Source: an uncultured Oscillospiraceae bacterium (GTDB lineage: Bacteria > Bacillota > Clostridia > Oscillospirales > Ruminococcaceae). Taken from it: 64,000 nucleotides of DNA. Under the pieces are notes generated by a model, which was given only the letters and a program-made list of their open reading frames with translations, did not search any database and had not been told where the DNA came from. Below, piece after piece: positions 45,219-55,930 of this stretch. Numbering within the stretch: the stretch's first letter is position 1; each line of letters begins with the position of its first letter. The translations under genes were made by a program, and so were the position numbers. The stretch lies in NCBI GenBank assembly GCA_964369645.1, contig CAYJFO010000001.1:703-64702 (forward strand), given 5' to 3'.

Positions 45219-46043
45219 ATGAGTGATTGTAGCAAAGACTGTTCTTCGTGTGGTAGTGGTTGCCCCTCAAGCGGAATTACCCACGAACTTCCAAATTCGA
45301 TGAGTCGAATAAAAAAAGTTGTTGCGGTTATGAGCGGAAAAGGCGGCGTTGGAAAATCGCTAACTTGTTCTATGCTTGCCGTTTTGCTTAACCGAATGGG
45401 ATACAAAACAGCGGTGCTAGACGCCGACATAACCGGTCCTTCGATTCCAAAGATATTTGGTATTACGGAAAAAGCCGAAGGAACTGAGCTTGGAATTCTT
45501 CCAAGACCATCCAAAACAGGCATAAAGATTATGTCGGTAAACATGCTTCTTGCAAACGAAACCGACCCAGTAATCTGGCGCGGTCCCGTAATCTCGGGAA
45601 TGGTTCAAAAATTTTGGACCGACGTTATCTGGCACGATGTCGATTTCATGTTCATAGACATGCCCCCCGGAACGGGTGATGTTCCGCTCACCGTGTTTCA
45701 ATCGATTCCGGTTGACGGAATCGTTGTCGTAACCTCTCCGCAAGAACTCGTTTCGATGATAGTTGAAAAAGCCGTAAACATGGCCGACATAACCGAAACT
45801 CCTATACTTGCGGCGGTTGAAAACATGTCGTACTACGAATGTCACGATTGCAAAACCAAAGTCGAAATTTTCGGACAAAGCAAGGTAGAAAAAACCGCAA
45901 GCACCCACGGTATCGACGTAACAGCAAAGATCCCAATTAACCCAAAATTCTCGGCAGCATGCGACGCGGGCACTATCGAACTTTTTGAGTCAAGCTGTCT
46001 CGACAACGTCGCGAGCGTCGTCGAACAACTCCTTAAAGGGTAG
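45219..46043 (+). CDS. Mrp/NBP35/ApbC family iron-sulfur cluster carrier ATPase
   Basis: Cys-rich N-terminus (CSKDCSSCGSGC), the deviant Walker A VMSGKGGVGKS, and the motif CHDC. Confidence 0.88.
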   Translation: MSDCSKDCSSCGSGCPSSGITHELPNSMSRIKKVVAVMSGKGGVGKSLTCSMLAVLLNRMGYKTAVLDADITGPSIPKIFGITEKAEGTELGILPRPSKTGIKIMSVNMLLANETDPVIWRGPVISGMVQKFWTDVIWHDVDFMFIDMPPGTGDVPLTVFQSIPVDGIVVVTSPQELVSMIVEKAVNMADITETPILAAVENMSYYECHDCKTKVEIFGQSKVEKTASTHGIDVTAKIPINPKFSAACDAGTIELFESSCLDNVASVVEQLLKG

Positions 46044-46220
46044 ATGTCGTTTGTGGTTTATTATTCCTATAATAACCGCAAATATCATGATTGTTCAAAA
46101 AAAATTTTATAAAACTAATTAAAGCGTATGACGGCGATAAATCATTTTTGTTTTATCAAGCCACTCATACGCTTTTTAAATGCATTATTTTTTTATAAAA
46201 ATCTAAACTGTTGTCGTTAT

Positions 46221-48455
46221 CTAGTTTGTATCTTTTGGGTTCGATTGTACCACGGCGGCTTTTTTTTGGCGTTTTTTTCTTTTCATCAAGATAAAACTAA
46301 CAACTCCTAACGCCGTAACGACCGATAAAACTACCCCAACTTCAAAACCGTTTGGAACAAAGTATATCTCTATTTTGTGTTCCCCTTTTTCAAGAGGTAT
46401 CGCACAAAGTGCACCAAACGCAGGGACTATCTCGGCCACCATTCCGTCTACTTTACAGCGCAACCCTTTTGAATACGGCATCGAAAGAAACAACACGTTA
46501 TCTCCCGACATGTTAATCGTTCCGTTTATCCCATTGTTCGAGGTTTGTGTAATTTTTAATGTATTTTGCGAAAGATTTATAAGCTCGGCTTCAATCTCGA
46601 AAACCTCGTTCCCAACAAGTGCCGTCAAAAGAGCTAACTGGTTTTGCTCTGCAACGTCAAACGAAGATATCGCCGAAACAACCGCATTGTCTGCTTCAAA
46701 CCCTAACGGCAAAGCATAGTTGTTTTCGTAAAGGGTTGTCGTTTCGTTACTGTCGATTTCTCTAAGATATGGTATTTTATCATTAGAAAACGCATACTTA
46801 ACTCCCAAAACACTGTCGCTTATAAGAGATGTCGGGCGATAGGCAACCGCTTTAAAATTGTCGTCATATCCAAAGTCGCCCATAAGTTGTTGGAACGGAA
46901 CGTCGTAAGTCGAAGTAAAAAACGAAAAGCCATAATACCCTAAAACCGAACCGTCGTTTATAGCGGATATGTCGGTTTCGCCTACCCTATATATTTCATC
47001 TTGTATATCAAAATATCCAACCGACGTCAACAACTGTTGTTTGTCGTTTTGGGAGGTTGTATAGATCTTTTTTTCTGGAAAGTGTCCATTTTCAACCTGT
47101 GTTCTTATAATCAACATAGCATTTAAAAACATCTCGAGCGACAAGATCAAAAGCAAACCGATATAAACCATTTTTAATTTATACTTTTTGTTAATCAACG
47201 ACAAAATTATACAATAAGTTACGCCAAGCATCGCAGTTAAAACTATCTTGTAAATCTCTATGTCTTGATTAAAGAACCGTATAAAAACGTGTAGCGATAA
47301 AAACGCCAAAGCCAAAACAACAAAATACCTTTTTTTTACGTTGTCTAAGTCGTTAAAACTCTTTGCCGCAACACTAATCAACAGGAAGCAAAAACAAAAT
47401 ACATAGCGATACGGAAACGAGTTTGGATAGGAAAAGCCGTGCCACACAATGTCAAGTTCCGGCAACAAAAAGCTTATAAACATAAAACCTACAAAAACCG
47501 CTGTGGCGATTTTTTCTTTTACTCCAAACCTTTTTGACACAAAATAAAGCGCGACCAACGAAAACACAAACAAAGAACAATAGATGGTCGGCGCTGCTTG
47601 GTTACCCGCTCCGTCATAAAAGCCTATGAAAAGTTTTAGCAAAAGTTGTTTTAATGTAAAATTAAATTCGCCATAACCGTTGTACACGGGAACGGAGTTT
47701 TGAACCATAAAAACAACATTTGGAAAAATAATAAACGCCGAAAGCAAGACCGAAACAATCACACAACTAAAAAGGAGGCTCAATATTTTTTTCGCGACTT
47801 TCCCCTTTAAAACGGCAATATATATCGTATACAAAGCTACAAAAAGTCCCGTTATATACGCCATATAAAAGTTTGTTATTATTACAGCCGAAACAGAAAA
47901 TATAAGCAACAGTCTTCCGTCTTTTCCGTCAAAAATTTGTTCAACAGCAAGCACAATAAGTGGCAAAAGAACAACCGCATCGAACCAGAAAAAATTGCTG
48001 TAAAAAAACAACCCAAACGACATAAGCGAATATGCTATCGATAAAATAACCGGCTTAACATACCCCGTAAGCACGCGACTTTTTAAATATAAACTCATAG
48101 TAGACGCCGAACATGATACTTTAAGCCAAAATATCAAAAGTGCCGCTTTGTCAAGATTTTGTGCGTCAAAAAACAAAACGACCAAGTTAAAAGGGCTTGC
48201 AAGATAGTATGCAAATGTTGGGAAAAAGTTCATCGAAAGCCCTATGTTTTGATTAAAAAAAACATCTCCGTTTTTAAGCGCAGACAAAAATGGGATATAC
48301 TGGGTTTGCACATCCGATATAATAAACGACATCTCGGAAAAAAGCCCGACTCCATTAACCGAAAAAGCCAGTATATAAAGAAGCAAACTTAACGCCCCAG
48401 ACGCCGTCATCATGATAATATATTTATGCTTTATTCTATTTGTTTTATATTTCAT
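46221..48455 (-). CDS. YfhO family polytopic membrane protein (GT-C type extracytoplasmic glycosyltransferase)
   Basis: ~745 aa with ~13 TM helices, a large C-terminal extracytoplasmic domain and a final TM anchor, which is the typical YfhO layout. The ATG at 48455 lies 6 nt after a GGAG SD. Confidence 0.7.
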   Translation of the reverse strand: MKYKTNRIKHKYIIMMTASGALSLLLYILAFSVNGVGLFSEMSFIISDVQTQYIPFLSALKNGDVFFNQNIGLSMNFFPTFAYYLASPFNLVVLFFDAQNLDKAALLIFWLKVSCSASTMSLYLKSRVLTGYVKPVILSIAYSLMSFGLFFYSNFFWFDAVVLLPLIVLAVEQIFDGKDGRLLLIFSVSAVIITNFYMAYITGLFVALYTIYIAVLKGKVAKKILSLLFSCVIVSVLLSAFIIFPNVVFMVQNSVPVYNGYGEFNFTLKQLLLKLFIGFYDGAGNQAAPTIYCSLFVFSLVALYFVSKRFGVKEKIATAVFVGFMFISFLLPELDIVWHGFSYPNSFPYRYVFCFCFLLISVAAKSFNDLDNVKKRYFVVLALAFLSLHVFIRFFNQDIEIYKIVLTAMLGVTYCIILSLINKKYKLKMVYIGLLLILSLEMFLNAMLIIRTQVENGHFPEKKIYTTSQNDKQQLLTSVGYFDIQDEIYRVGETDISAINDGSVLGYYGFSFFTSTYDVPFQQLMGDFGYDDNFKAVAYRPTSLISDSVLGVKYAFSNDKIPYLREIDSNETTTLYENNYALPLGFEADNAVVSAISSFDVAEQNQLALLTALVGNEVFEIEAELINLSQNTLKITQTSNNGINGTINMSGDNVLFLSMPYSKGLRCKVDGMVAEIVPAFGALCAIPLEKGEHKIEIYFVPNGFEVGVVLSVVTALGVVSFILMKRKKRQKKAAVVQSNPKDTN

Positions 48456-48655
48456 AACACTCTCCAACTTTTGGAAATTATCATTTTATGTTGAAAGTTT
48501 TTTGTATTTACTATAATATTATAACAACTATACACAAGATTTGCAAAACACAAGGCAAGTTAAATGAGTGAACAATTGCGTTGATTTACTTTTTGTAAGA
48601 CTTAATTTTGCCATTACTTGAAGTTAACAAAACGTTTTTTCTAAGGGGTTTTAAT

Positions 48656-50188
48656 TTGGAAACATCAAAGCTTAAAATCAAAGATCTGTTGACGGTTGGT
48701 TACATAAAACAAAACAAGCATTTTATTTATGTGTTGTTTGTAACGGTTTTGTTTTTTCTTTTTAACCTATACCTTTTAATGCAACACGAAAGTTGGCTTG
48801 ACGAAGCGCAAGCGTGGCTTATCGCACGAGACACCGATTTTTTGGGACTTCTCGAACAGGTTAGATACGAAGGACACCCTGTTTTGTGGTTTTTGTTTTT
48901 AATGCCGTTTGCAAAGCTTGGGTTTCCGTATGAGTATATAGGGCTTATAAGTCTTTCGGTTGTCACCGTCTCGGTTTTTTTAGTTTTGCGATATTTTCCG
49001 TTTGGCATAATATCAAATACAGCGGTTGTACTGTCTTCGGTTTTTATCTACTACTATCCGGTAATTGCAAGAAACTATTGTTTGGTACTTCTCTTAGTTG
49101 TTGTTTTGGCGATACTGTATAAGCAACGCAAGCAAAAACCATTAAGATATGCCGTTTTAATAGCAATGCTTGCGCAGACACATGTTCTAATTTTCGGGTT
49201 TTGTCTTGCCCTTTTTATTCTTCATTTTTTTGAACTTACAACAGATAAAAGGATACACAAAAAAAGTTTAAGCTATTTAAGCGCAGTTTTCATTCCTCCG
49301 CTAAGTTTTGTTTTTTTGATTTTTGAGCTTTTCGGAAGCGTTGGTGCAAATGTTACGGTGTCAGAATTTTCGGCATTTGGAAAGATTACTTTAGACGGAA
49401 TTTTATTTTCTGCCCTGACCTATTTCAAACATATAATGTTGCGATTTTTTGGAATCGACCTAAATCTTTTTTTCTCGGTTGTGCTTTTTTCCGTTGTGTT
49501 GGGCGCGATTGTTGTGGTTGGGTTTTTGTTCCCCAAATCGGCATTTATAACAACTTTTGGAGTTGGTTTTGTATTTGCTGTACACATTCTTATCTACCAA
49601 AGCTTTATGATGCAAAAGTTAATTATAGCAGTCCTTGTTATTATATTTTGTCTCTTAACTGTGTTTCACGACAAACCGTTAAAGTATAAAAAAATCCCCG
49701 AAATAAACACACGGTATATTAAAAAAACCGCGTCTCTTGCGGTTTTGGTTATCTCCATCCTGTCGCTAGGTTCCCTTTCTTCCGACATAGTCGCAGAACA
49801 AGACCGCGTTTATTCCCGTTCGGACGAGATAGCAGGGTTTGTCACGAAAAACCTCCCACCCGACAGCGTAATCGTCTGCCCTACGGTTGGCGACGGCTCT
49901 GCCATTGCGCCATATCTTACAACGCAAAAATTATTCAGTCCGTCAAGCGAAGAGTTTTTTACATACCTCACGTGGGACCAATCGTTAAACGTTCGCTTAA
50001 CAGCCGAACAACTAGCACAAACTATCAACCACAATCTTTCAGACTATCAAAATATATTTATCCTGTTCCAACCATACGGAGTTGTCCCGGCAGTTGACGG
50101 ATATCCCGGCGGACTAGAGGTTGTTAAAACGTTTTCGGGGGACACTATTCAAGGCGAGCCCGAAATCGTTCTATATAAAGTTCCGTAA
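48656..50188 (+). CDS. Polytopic membrane protein, GT-C (ArnT/PMT_2-like) glycosyltransferase candidate
   Basis: After TM1 the loop reads ESWLDEAQAWLIARD..YEGHPVLWF, which resembles the acidic DExxxA loop-1 motif of ArnT-like enzymes. ~11 TM helices and a C-terminal soluble domain. The TTG start at 48656 lies 7 nt after an AAGGGG SD. Confidence 0.5.
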   Translation: METSKLKIKDLLTVGYIKQNKHFIYVLFVTVLFFLFNLYLLMQHESWLDEAQAWLIARDTDFLGLLEQVRYEGHPVLWFLFLMPFAKLGFPYEYIGLISLSVVTVSVFLVLRYFPFGIISNTAVVLSSVFIYYYPVIARNYCLVLLLVVVLAILYKQRKQKPLRYAVLIAMLAQTHVLIFGFCLALFILHFFELTTDKRIHKKSLSYLSAVFIPPLSFVFLIFELFGSVGANVTVSEFSAFGKITLDGILFSALTYFKHIMLRFFGIDLNLFFSVVLFSVVLGAIVVVGFLFPKSAFITTFGVGFVFAVHILIYQSFMMQKLIIAVLVIIFCLLTVFHDKPLKYKKIPEINTRYIKKTASLAVLVISILSLGSLSSDIVAEQDRVYSRSDEIAGFVTKNLPPDSVIVCPTVGDGSAIAPYLTTQKLFSPSSEEFFTYLTWDQSLNVRLTAEQLAQTINHNLSDYQNIFILFQPYGVVPAVDGYPGGLEVVKTFSGDTIQGEPEIVLYKVP

Positions 50189-50246
50189 ATCATCACCGAT
50201 TAAATTTGTTTCAATAATCCAAAATGTATGGTATAATTTTCATATT

Positions 50247-52118
50247 ATGTTTTTACCTATTTCAAAAAAAGAATTCGAACAGTTAGGCAAAAGCCGTCCC
50301 GACTTTATATTCGTGTCGGGCGACGCGTATGTCGACCATCCGTCCTTTGCAAACGCCGTTATCCCTCGTGTACTCGAGGATGCGGGTTTTTGTGTTGCAA
50401 TAATTTCTCAACCAGATTTTAAAACGAACAAAGATATAACGATGTACGGCGAGCCGAAATATGGGTTTCTTGTAAGTTCCGGAAATATGGATTCGATGGT
50501 AAACCATTATTCTGTAACCAAAACAAGGCGCAAGACCGACAGTTATACCCCCGGCGGAATTATGGGAAAGCGTCCCGACTACGCTACAACAGTTTATTCG
50601 TTAATGATTAAAAAGGCGTTTCCAAACTGTCCTATTATTATAGGCGGAACAGAGGCAAGTCTTAGACGTTTTGGCCATTATGACTATTGGAGTGACAGCG
50701 TTAAAAAATCTGTTTTAATCGATTCGAAAGCAGATCTTTTGGTTTTTGGGATGGGAGAAGCCCCGATATTAGAGATTGCTAACCTCATGCGTGACGGAGT
50801 TAAAGCGGACGAGATAACCTCGGTTAGAGGAACATGTTACATAACTAAAACAATAGATTATATGTCTGACTTTGTTCGGCTTCCGTATTACGAAGATATC
50901 GTTAAAGACAAAAAGAAATACGCAAAAAGTTATATGCGCCAGTACAACAACTGTGACGCTTTTAGAGGAAAAACTTTGGTCGAGCCGTACCTTAACGATG
51001 GCTTTGTTGTTCAAAATCCCCCAAGCCTTCCGCTTACAAAACAACAACTCGACAGGATATATTCGCTCGACTATATGCGCAACTACCACCCCTCGTATGA
51101 AGCTTTGGGCGGAGTTCCCGCTATTGAAGAGGTAAGGTTCAGCCTTATAAGCTCGCGAGGATGTTTCGGAGCTTGCAGTTTTTGCGCGCTCGGTTACCAT
51201 CAAGGAAGGATAGTTCAGTCGAGAAGCCACGAATCGCTTGTTAACGAGGCAAAAAAAATAACGGAACTTTCAGATTTTAAAGGATATATCCACGACGTTG
51301 GCGGACCTACCGCAAACTTTCGCAACCCGGCTTGTGCAAAACAGCTTAAAGTAGGAACGTGTGAGCAAAGGCAGTGTCTTTTCCCCTCCCCTTGTGAAAA
51401 TATAGATGCCTCACATACAGACTACATTGATCTTTTAAACAAACTCAGAGAACTTCCAAAAATAAAAAAAGTTTTTATTCGTTCAGGCGTTCGCTTCGAT
51501 TATCTTTTGGCGGACAAAGACGAGAAATTTTTTCAACAACTTGTCTCCCATCACGTAAGCGGACAGCTTAAAGTTGCTCCAGAACACGTTTCAAATAGAG
51601 TATTAAGCGCAATGGGTAAACCCGAAAACGCTGTGTTCAACCGTTTTTGCGAAAGGTTTAAAACGCTTACAAAAAAAGCGGGGCTTGAACAATATCTTGT
51701 GCCCTATCTTATGTCGTCACATCCTGGAAGCGAACTTAAAGACGCAGTTGAGCTTGCAGTCTATCTCAACGAAAACAGAATAAGCCCGGAACAAGTTCAA
51801 GATTTCTATCCAACCCCGTCTTCGCTATCTACAACGATGTTTTATACGGGGTTAGATCCTCGAACAATGACCGAGCTCTTTATTCCGAAAACCACCGAAC
51901 AAAAAGCTATGCAACGCGCGCTTATACAGTTCAAAAACCCTAAAAACAAACAACTGGTTTACAAGGCTCTTGTATCTTGTAACCGACGCGACTTAATTGG
52001 AAACGGAAAAGGTTGTTTGATTTCGGATATTGGAACACTTAAAACTCAAAACAAAAACAAAAAAAATATCAAAACAAAAGGAACTAATAAATATAATGGC
52101 AAAATTAAAAATCGTTAA
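50247..52118 (+). CDS. ygiQ: YgiQ (UPF0313) family radical SAM protein
   Basis: MFLPISKKEFEQLG..DFIFVSGDAYVDHPSF N-terminus, and the cluster SSRGCFGACSFC. ~620 aa with a K-rich tail. Confidence 0.85.
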   Translation: MFLPISKKEFEQLGKSRPDFIFVSGDAYVDHPSFANAVIPRVLEDAGFCVAIISQPDFKTNKDITMYGEPKYGFLVSSGNMDSMVNHYSVTKTRRKTDSYTPGGIMGKRPDYATTVYSLMIKKAFPNCPIIIGGTEASLRRFGHYDYWSDSVKKSVLIDSKADLLVFGMGEAPILEIANLMRDGVKADEITSVRGTCYITKTIDYMSDFVRLPYYEDIVKDKKKYAKSYMRQYNNCDAFRGKTLVEPYLNDGFVVQNPPSLPLTKQQLDRIYSLDYMRNYHPSYEALGGVPAIEEVRFSLISSRGCFGACSFCALGYHQGRIVQSRSHESLVNEAKKITELSDFKGYIHDVGGPTANFRNPACAKQLKVGTCEQRQCLFPSPCENIDASHTDYIDLLNKLRELPKIKKVFIRSGVRFDYLLADKDEKFFQQLVSHHVSGQLKVAPEHVSNRVLSAMGKPENAVFNRFCERFKTLTKKAGLEQYLVPYLMSSHPGSELKDAVELAVYLNENRISPEQVQDFYPTPSSLSTTMFYTGLDPRTMTELFIPKTTEQKAMQRALIQFKNPKNKQLVYKALVSCNRRDLIGNGKGCLISDIGTLKTQNKNKKNIKTKGTNKYNGKIKNR

Positions 52119-52611
52119 AGAACAGAACATTTCAGAAGATTGTATCGTATGCGGAGACAAAAATCTTCTAGGCCTTAACTGCAGATTTTTTGAACTTGAG
52201 GACAACTCTGTCGCAGGGATTGTCACCCCGACAAAGGACCACCAAAGCTACCCTGGGCGCGTCCATGGCGGAATTGAAGCCGCTCTTTTGGACGAAACTA
52301 TTGGACGCGTTTTAATGGCACTTGACCCCGACGGTTGGGCGGTTACTGCCGAGATGAACGTTAAGTTTAAGAAGCCATGTCCATATGACACACAGCTTAT
52401 AATTCACGGAAGAACGACAGAGCACAACAGACGAATATTTAAAGGCGAAGGAGAGATCTATCTTCCAAGCGGCGAAGTATGCGCAACCGCTACCGCAACA
52501 TATTTCAAGATGTCGCTTGAAAAGATTGGCGCGGGGGATGTCGAAACACTCGGTTGGCGACCGGCAACCATCCCGTCTGATCTAACCGAAATTGAGATAC
52601 CTTCGGTATAA
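52096..52611 (+). CDS. PaaI/hotdog-fold thioesterase
   Basis: CIVCG near the N-terminus and HGGIEAALLDETIG, the typical PaaI-type catalytic region. It overlaps the ygiQ end by 23 nt. Confidence 0.7.
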   Translation: MAKLKIVKEQNISEDCIVCGDKNLLGLNCRFFELEDNSVAGIVTPTKDHQSYPGRVHGGIEAALLDETIGRVLMALDPDGWAVTAEMNVKFKKPCPYDTQLIIHGRTTEHNRRIFKGEGEIYLPSGEVCATATATYFKMSLEKIGAGDVETLGWRPATIPSDLTEIEIPSV

Positions 52612-52633
52612 AATATTAACTTCAAAAAAACAA

Positions 52634-52690
52634 AAGGCTTTGGCAATTTTGATCAGTTCAAAAAAGCCAAAGCCTTCTTTTTTTATTTTT
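52634..52690. terminator. Bidirectional terminator
   Basis: AAGGCTTTGGC..GCCAAAGCCTT (11-bp stem) followed by a long T-run. Confidence 0.6.
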
Positions 52691-53266
52691 TTAGCGTTTT
52701 TGTTTTGGTTTTTTCCTAACTGAAAAACCAAACGTTCCAAGACTCTCGCCCAACTTAAAATACTCGCCGTGGGCATACGCCAAAAGACCTGCCCTTTTCA
52801 TGTCTAGTTTGCCGTTTTTGTCTAGAAGTTTCGGTTCAACCAAAACCGAGACTATGTCCGCCATAAACATGTCGTGGGAACCAAGTTTTATAATCTCAAA
52901 CACTTTACATTCAAGACAAAGCGGAGATTTCGCAATCGACGGACACGAAACGTTAACCCCAGCTTCAAGAGATAGTCCCATTTTTTTAAGCTTGTCCTCG
53001 TTCTTTGTACTTTTAACCCCAATGTAATCTGTCGCAAACGCCATATCGGCGGTTGTTAGGTTAATTGTAAACTCGCCGCTATTTTTTATTATGTCATAGG
53101 AATGTCTTTCGGGGCGTATCGAAATGTAGGTTTTTGGAGGCTGCGAGTTAATTATCCCCGTCCAGCCGATAGTTATTGAGCTTGGCTGTTCCAACGTTCC
53201 GGCGGTAGCTATGACAGCGGGAACGGGGGAAAGAATTGTGCTTCCTTTCCATTGTTGTTTAGACAT
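52691..53266 (-). CDS. Flavin reductase-like FMN-binding protein (flavoredoxin family)
   Basis: 191 aa. The pattern PVPAVIATAG....SITIGWTG..N..P is typical of the Flavin_Reduct split-barrel fold. Confidence 0.7.
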   Translation of the reverse strand: MSKQQWKGSTILSPVPAVIATAGTLEQPSSITIGWTGIINSQPPKTYISIRPERHSYDIIKNSGEFTINLTTADMAFATDYIGVKSTKNEDKLKKMGLSLEAGVNVSCPSIAKSPLCLECKVFEIIKLGSHDMFMADIVSVLVEPKLLDKNGKLDMKRAGLLAYAHGEYFKLGESLGTFGFSVRKKPKQKR

Positions 53267-53403
53267 ACTTTCTCCTTTTTAATTTTTGCCTTTATATAAC
53301 AAATTTATTTCACTAGGTTTGTTATAAACTTGTATTTATATCTTTATTTTATAGCGAATTTATGGTATTATAAAACATAATATCATTTTTCGGAGCTTAA
53401 CTT

Positions 53404-54621
53404 ATGGTTCAAACCAAAAAAAAGTATAACATAACCCTTTTTATCCTGCTATTAATTTTGTCGGCGGCAATTATGATTCCCGTTTTCTATGCCGGAAACT
53501 TCTTAATGAGGGAATCGGATTTTCCGCCACATTACGTTTCTGCCATGGAACTATTTTCGATTAATCGCGAAGATTTTTCGTTTCCGATAATTCTCGCTTA
53601 CCCAACATACCACATCATTTTAAAAGGAATTGCGGAGTTTTTAAAACTTTCGCTTTCACTTGCCACAACCGTGAGCTATAAAACCGCCTCAATAATAATG
53701 GGTGTGGTTTTTAATCTGTTTACGGTTTTTGTTGTGCGAAAGATATTTCGAGTTTTGGTTAAAACTAATGACACAAAAAAACTATATCTTATCGATTTAT
53801 TAAGCGCCGGCTCTATATTTTTCATCGGCATCTGTGGCCCGCTTACAAGCGGAGCGTTCTACCTACCGCAAGGCGCTCCAAACGTTTGGCACAACCCGAC
53901 AACCCTCTTTGTTCGTCCGTTTGGGTTGTTGGCTTTTTATTCTCTAATCGTTATCTTTAATAATTATAAATCAAACAGTAAGAATTTAAAAGCACTAGTT
54001 TTGTTTTCTATTGCAAGCGGCATAAGCTGTCTTGCAAAACCAAGCTACGCTTTTGTTCTTCTTCCAGCCGCAGCGATAATGACGCTTGTCGTTATTTTTC
54101 AAAATTTTAAAATAAACTTTAAAAAATTCGGAGTCCCGCTTTTAATTGCGGCGCTTCCAAGCGCATTTATACTGCTTGCTCAATATCTCGTTGTTGCAAA
54201 CGCTTGGGTCGAATACGAGGTTGAAACGTTTTTAAAGTTTGGTTCACAGTTCAATATGACGTTCACACAGTCTGTCTTTTCGACGATATCGCTCATGTTA
54301 ATTGTCGTTTTTGTGCTTTGTTCTATAGGGTATCGTTATGTAAAATCAAATCCTGAATATTTAATAGCGGTTTTGGCGGCGTTTGTTGGGTGGTTACAGT
54401 ATTATTTTATATACCAAACGGGTCCTGCCGCCGGAGACTTTTTTTGGGGCTACAGTCTTGGCGTCCACCTTGCAACGGTAGTTTCGCTTGCGCTTGTAAT
54501 ACGATACGAAACCCGAAAGCCCATCGTATTTGCTACGTTCTCGATCTTTTCGATTCAGTTGTTTTTCGGGTTGTGGTATGTATATAAAATTATATTTGAA
54601 CAAGCGGAGTACTTTATTTAA
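53404..54621 (+). CDS. Polytopic membrane protein, tandem paralog 1 of 3 (GT-C-like candidate)
   Basis: It shares the blocks GICGPLT..FYLPQGAPNVWHNPTTLFVRPFGL, CLAKPSYAFVLLPA and YQTGPAAGDFFWGYSL with the next two ORFs. The first loop reads RESDFPPH. Confidence 0.5.
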   Translation: MVQTKKKYNITLFILLLILSAAIMIPVFYAGNFLMRESDFPPHYVSAMELFSINREDFSFPIILAYPTYHIILKGIAEFLKLSLSLATTVSYKTASIIMGVVFNLFTVFVVRKIFRVLVKTNDTKKLYLIDLLSAGSIFFIGICGPLTSGAFYLPQGAPNVWHNPTTLFVRPFGLLAFYSLIVIFNNYKSNSKNLKALVLFSIASGISCLAKPSYAFVLLPAAAIMTLVVIFQNFKINFKKFGVPLLIAALPSAFILLAQYLVVANAWVEYEVETFLKFGSQFNMTFTQSVFSTISLMLIVVFVLCSIGYRYVKSNPEYLIAVLAAFVGWLQYYFIYQTGPAAGDFFWGYSLGVHLATVVSLALVIRYETRKPIVFATFSIFSIQLFFGLWYVYKIIFEQAEYFI

Positions 54622-54650
54622 AATCAATCTATCGTTAGGTATGAAAAAAG

Positions 54651-55889
54651 ATGAATATTAAAAAATATAATAAACACCCATATTATATCTCGTGTATAGT
54701 TGCGCTAGGTCTTATGAGTATAATGTTTTACAACCTTGGAGTAAACCACGCTCAAGAAGATTTCCCGTTACATAACAGTGCCGCATTGGAACTTTTTGAA
54801 CTGGCTCCGTCTGAAATGGCAATCCCCCACATCTTAGCCTATCCACTTATGCACGCAACTATAAAAATTCTTAGCTATCTAATTTATTTTCCGTTTTCCG
54901 GAAGCATAACAGCGCTTTATTCGGTCGAAATAGCCTCGGTTATAGTTGCAACAGTTTTTAACATGCTGTCTATATTTGCGGTTCGTCTTGTGTTAAACGG
55001 GCTGTTTCCGCAAAAAAGCCCTGCAATTCGTTATATATATGATTTTTTAAGTATAAGTTCAGTTTTCATAATGGGAATTTGCGGGCCGTTAACCTACAAT
55101 GAATTTTATCTTCCGCAAGGCGGTCCAAACGTTTGGCATAACCCCACATTTATCTTTGTTAGACCTTTTGGACTAATGTCTTTTTATTTTTTCATCAAAG
55201 CTTTCGAAGCATTAAAATCAGGAAAACCTTACGTTAAAAATCTTTGTTTGTTTTCATTTGTTTTAATATTAAGTTGTTTTGCAAAACCAAACTATGCTTT
55301 TGTTTTAATGCCGGCGATGGGAATTTTAACGTTAATTGAACTATCAAATAATTTTATACCCAAGTTCAAAAAAATCGCCGTGCCACTTTTTTTGTCTGTC
55401 TTGCCGGCCGGTTTTGTCTTGATTGCACAATTTGTCTTTATAAACGCAACTTTAACAGACAAAAACGTTTACACTCTTGTTCAATTCGGAACACAATACA
55501 ACCTTCCGTTTGAACATTCTTTGCGAGCCACAGTTTCGCTGTTGATTATTCCACTTATCATCTTCATAATTATTGGTCGAAAATATATAAAAAAAGACTC
55601 GGCTTATACATTATCTATCTTGACCGTGTTGGCCGGTTGGTTTCAATATTTTTTTCTTTATCAAACCGGAGCCGCCGGAGGAGATTATTTTTGGGGATAT
55701 GGTCTTGCAGTACATCTCGCAATCCTCATATCGATAGCTTTTCTTTTAAAACAAAAAGCAGACAAATTAATTGTTAATTCTGTTTGCGTATTGTATCTTC
55801 TTCATTTATTTTTTGGGTTGCAATACTTTATCGGCTTGTTTTATGGCGCTAGGTTTATTAGCTACAGCCTTTATTTGTATGCTAAGTAG
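54651..55889 (+). CDS. Polytopic membrane protein, tandem paralog 2 of 3
   Basis: GICGPLTYNEFYLPQGGPNVWHNPTFIFVRPFGL, CFAKPNYAFVLMPAMGILTLIELSNNF and YQTGAAGGDYFWGYGL. The first loop reads AQEDFPLH. Confidence 0.5.
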   Translation: MNIKKYNKHPYYISCIVALGLMSIMFYNLGVNHAQEDFPLHNSAALELFELAPSEMAIPHILAYPLMHATIKILSYLIYFPFSGSITALYSVEIASVIVATVFNMLSIFAVRLVLNGLFPQKSPAIRYIYDFLSISSVFIMGICGPLTYNEFYLPQGGPNVWHNPTFIFVRPFGLMSFYFFIKAFEALKSGKPYVKNLCLFSFVLILSCFAKPNYAFVLMPAMGILTLIELSNNFIPKFKKIAVPLFLSVLPAGFVLIAQFVFINATLTDKNVYTLVQFGTQYNLPFEHSLRATVSLLIIPLIIFIIIGRKYIKKDSAYTLSILTVLAGWFQYFFLYQTGAAGGDYFWGYGLAVHLAILISIAFLLKQKADKLIVNSVCVLYLLHLFFGLQYFIGLFYGARFISYSLYLYAK

Positions 55890-55930
55890 GTTTAATTATT
55901 CTCTATTTAAATATTTAATCGGAGTAAAAC

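Noticed and set aside
46128-46310. 60-aa ORF on the + strand between mrp and yfhO.
   Set aside because: It overlaps the 3-prime end of yfhO and a hairpin region, has no SD site, and is hydrophobic and low-complexity. It is likely spurious.
53878-53889. The perfect 12-bp palindrome CCAAACGTTTGG is conserved at the same position in all three tandem paralogs (also at 55125-55136 and 56405-56416).
   Set aside because: It encodes the invariant PNVW of the most conserved protein block. Identical codon choice over four codons is adequately explained by paralogy or gene conversion, and there is no independent sign of a DNA-level function.
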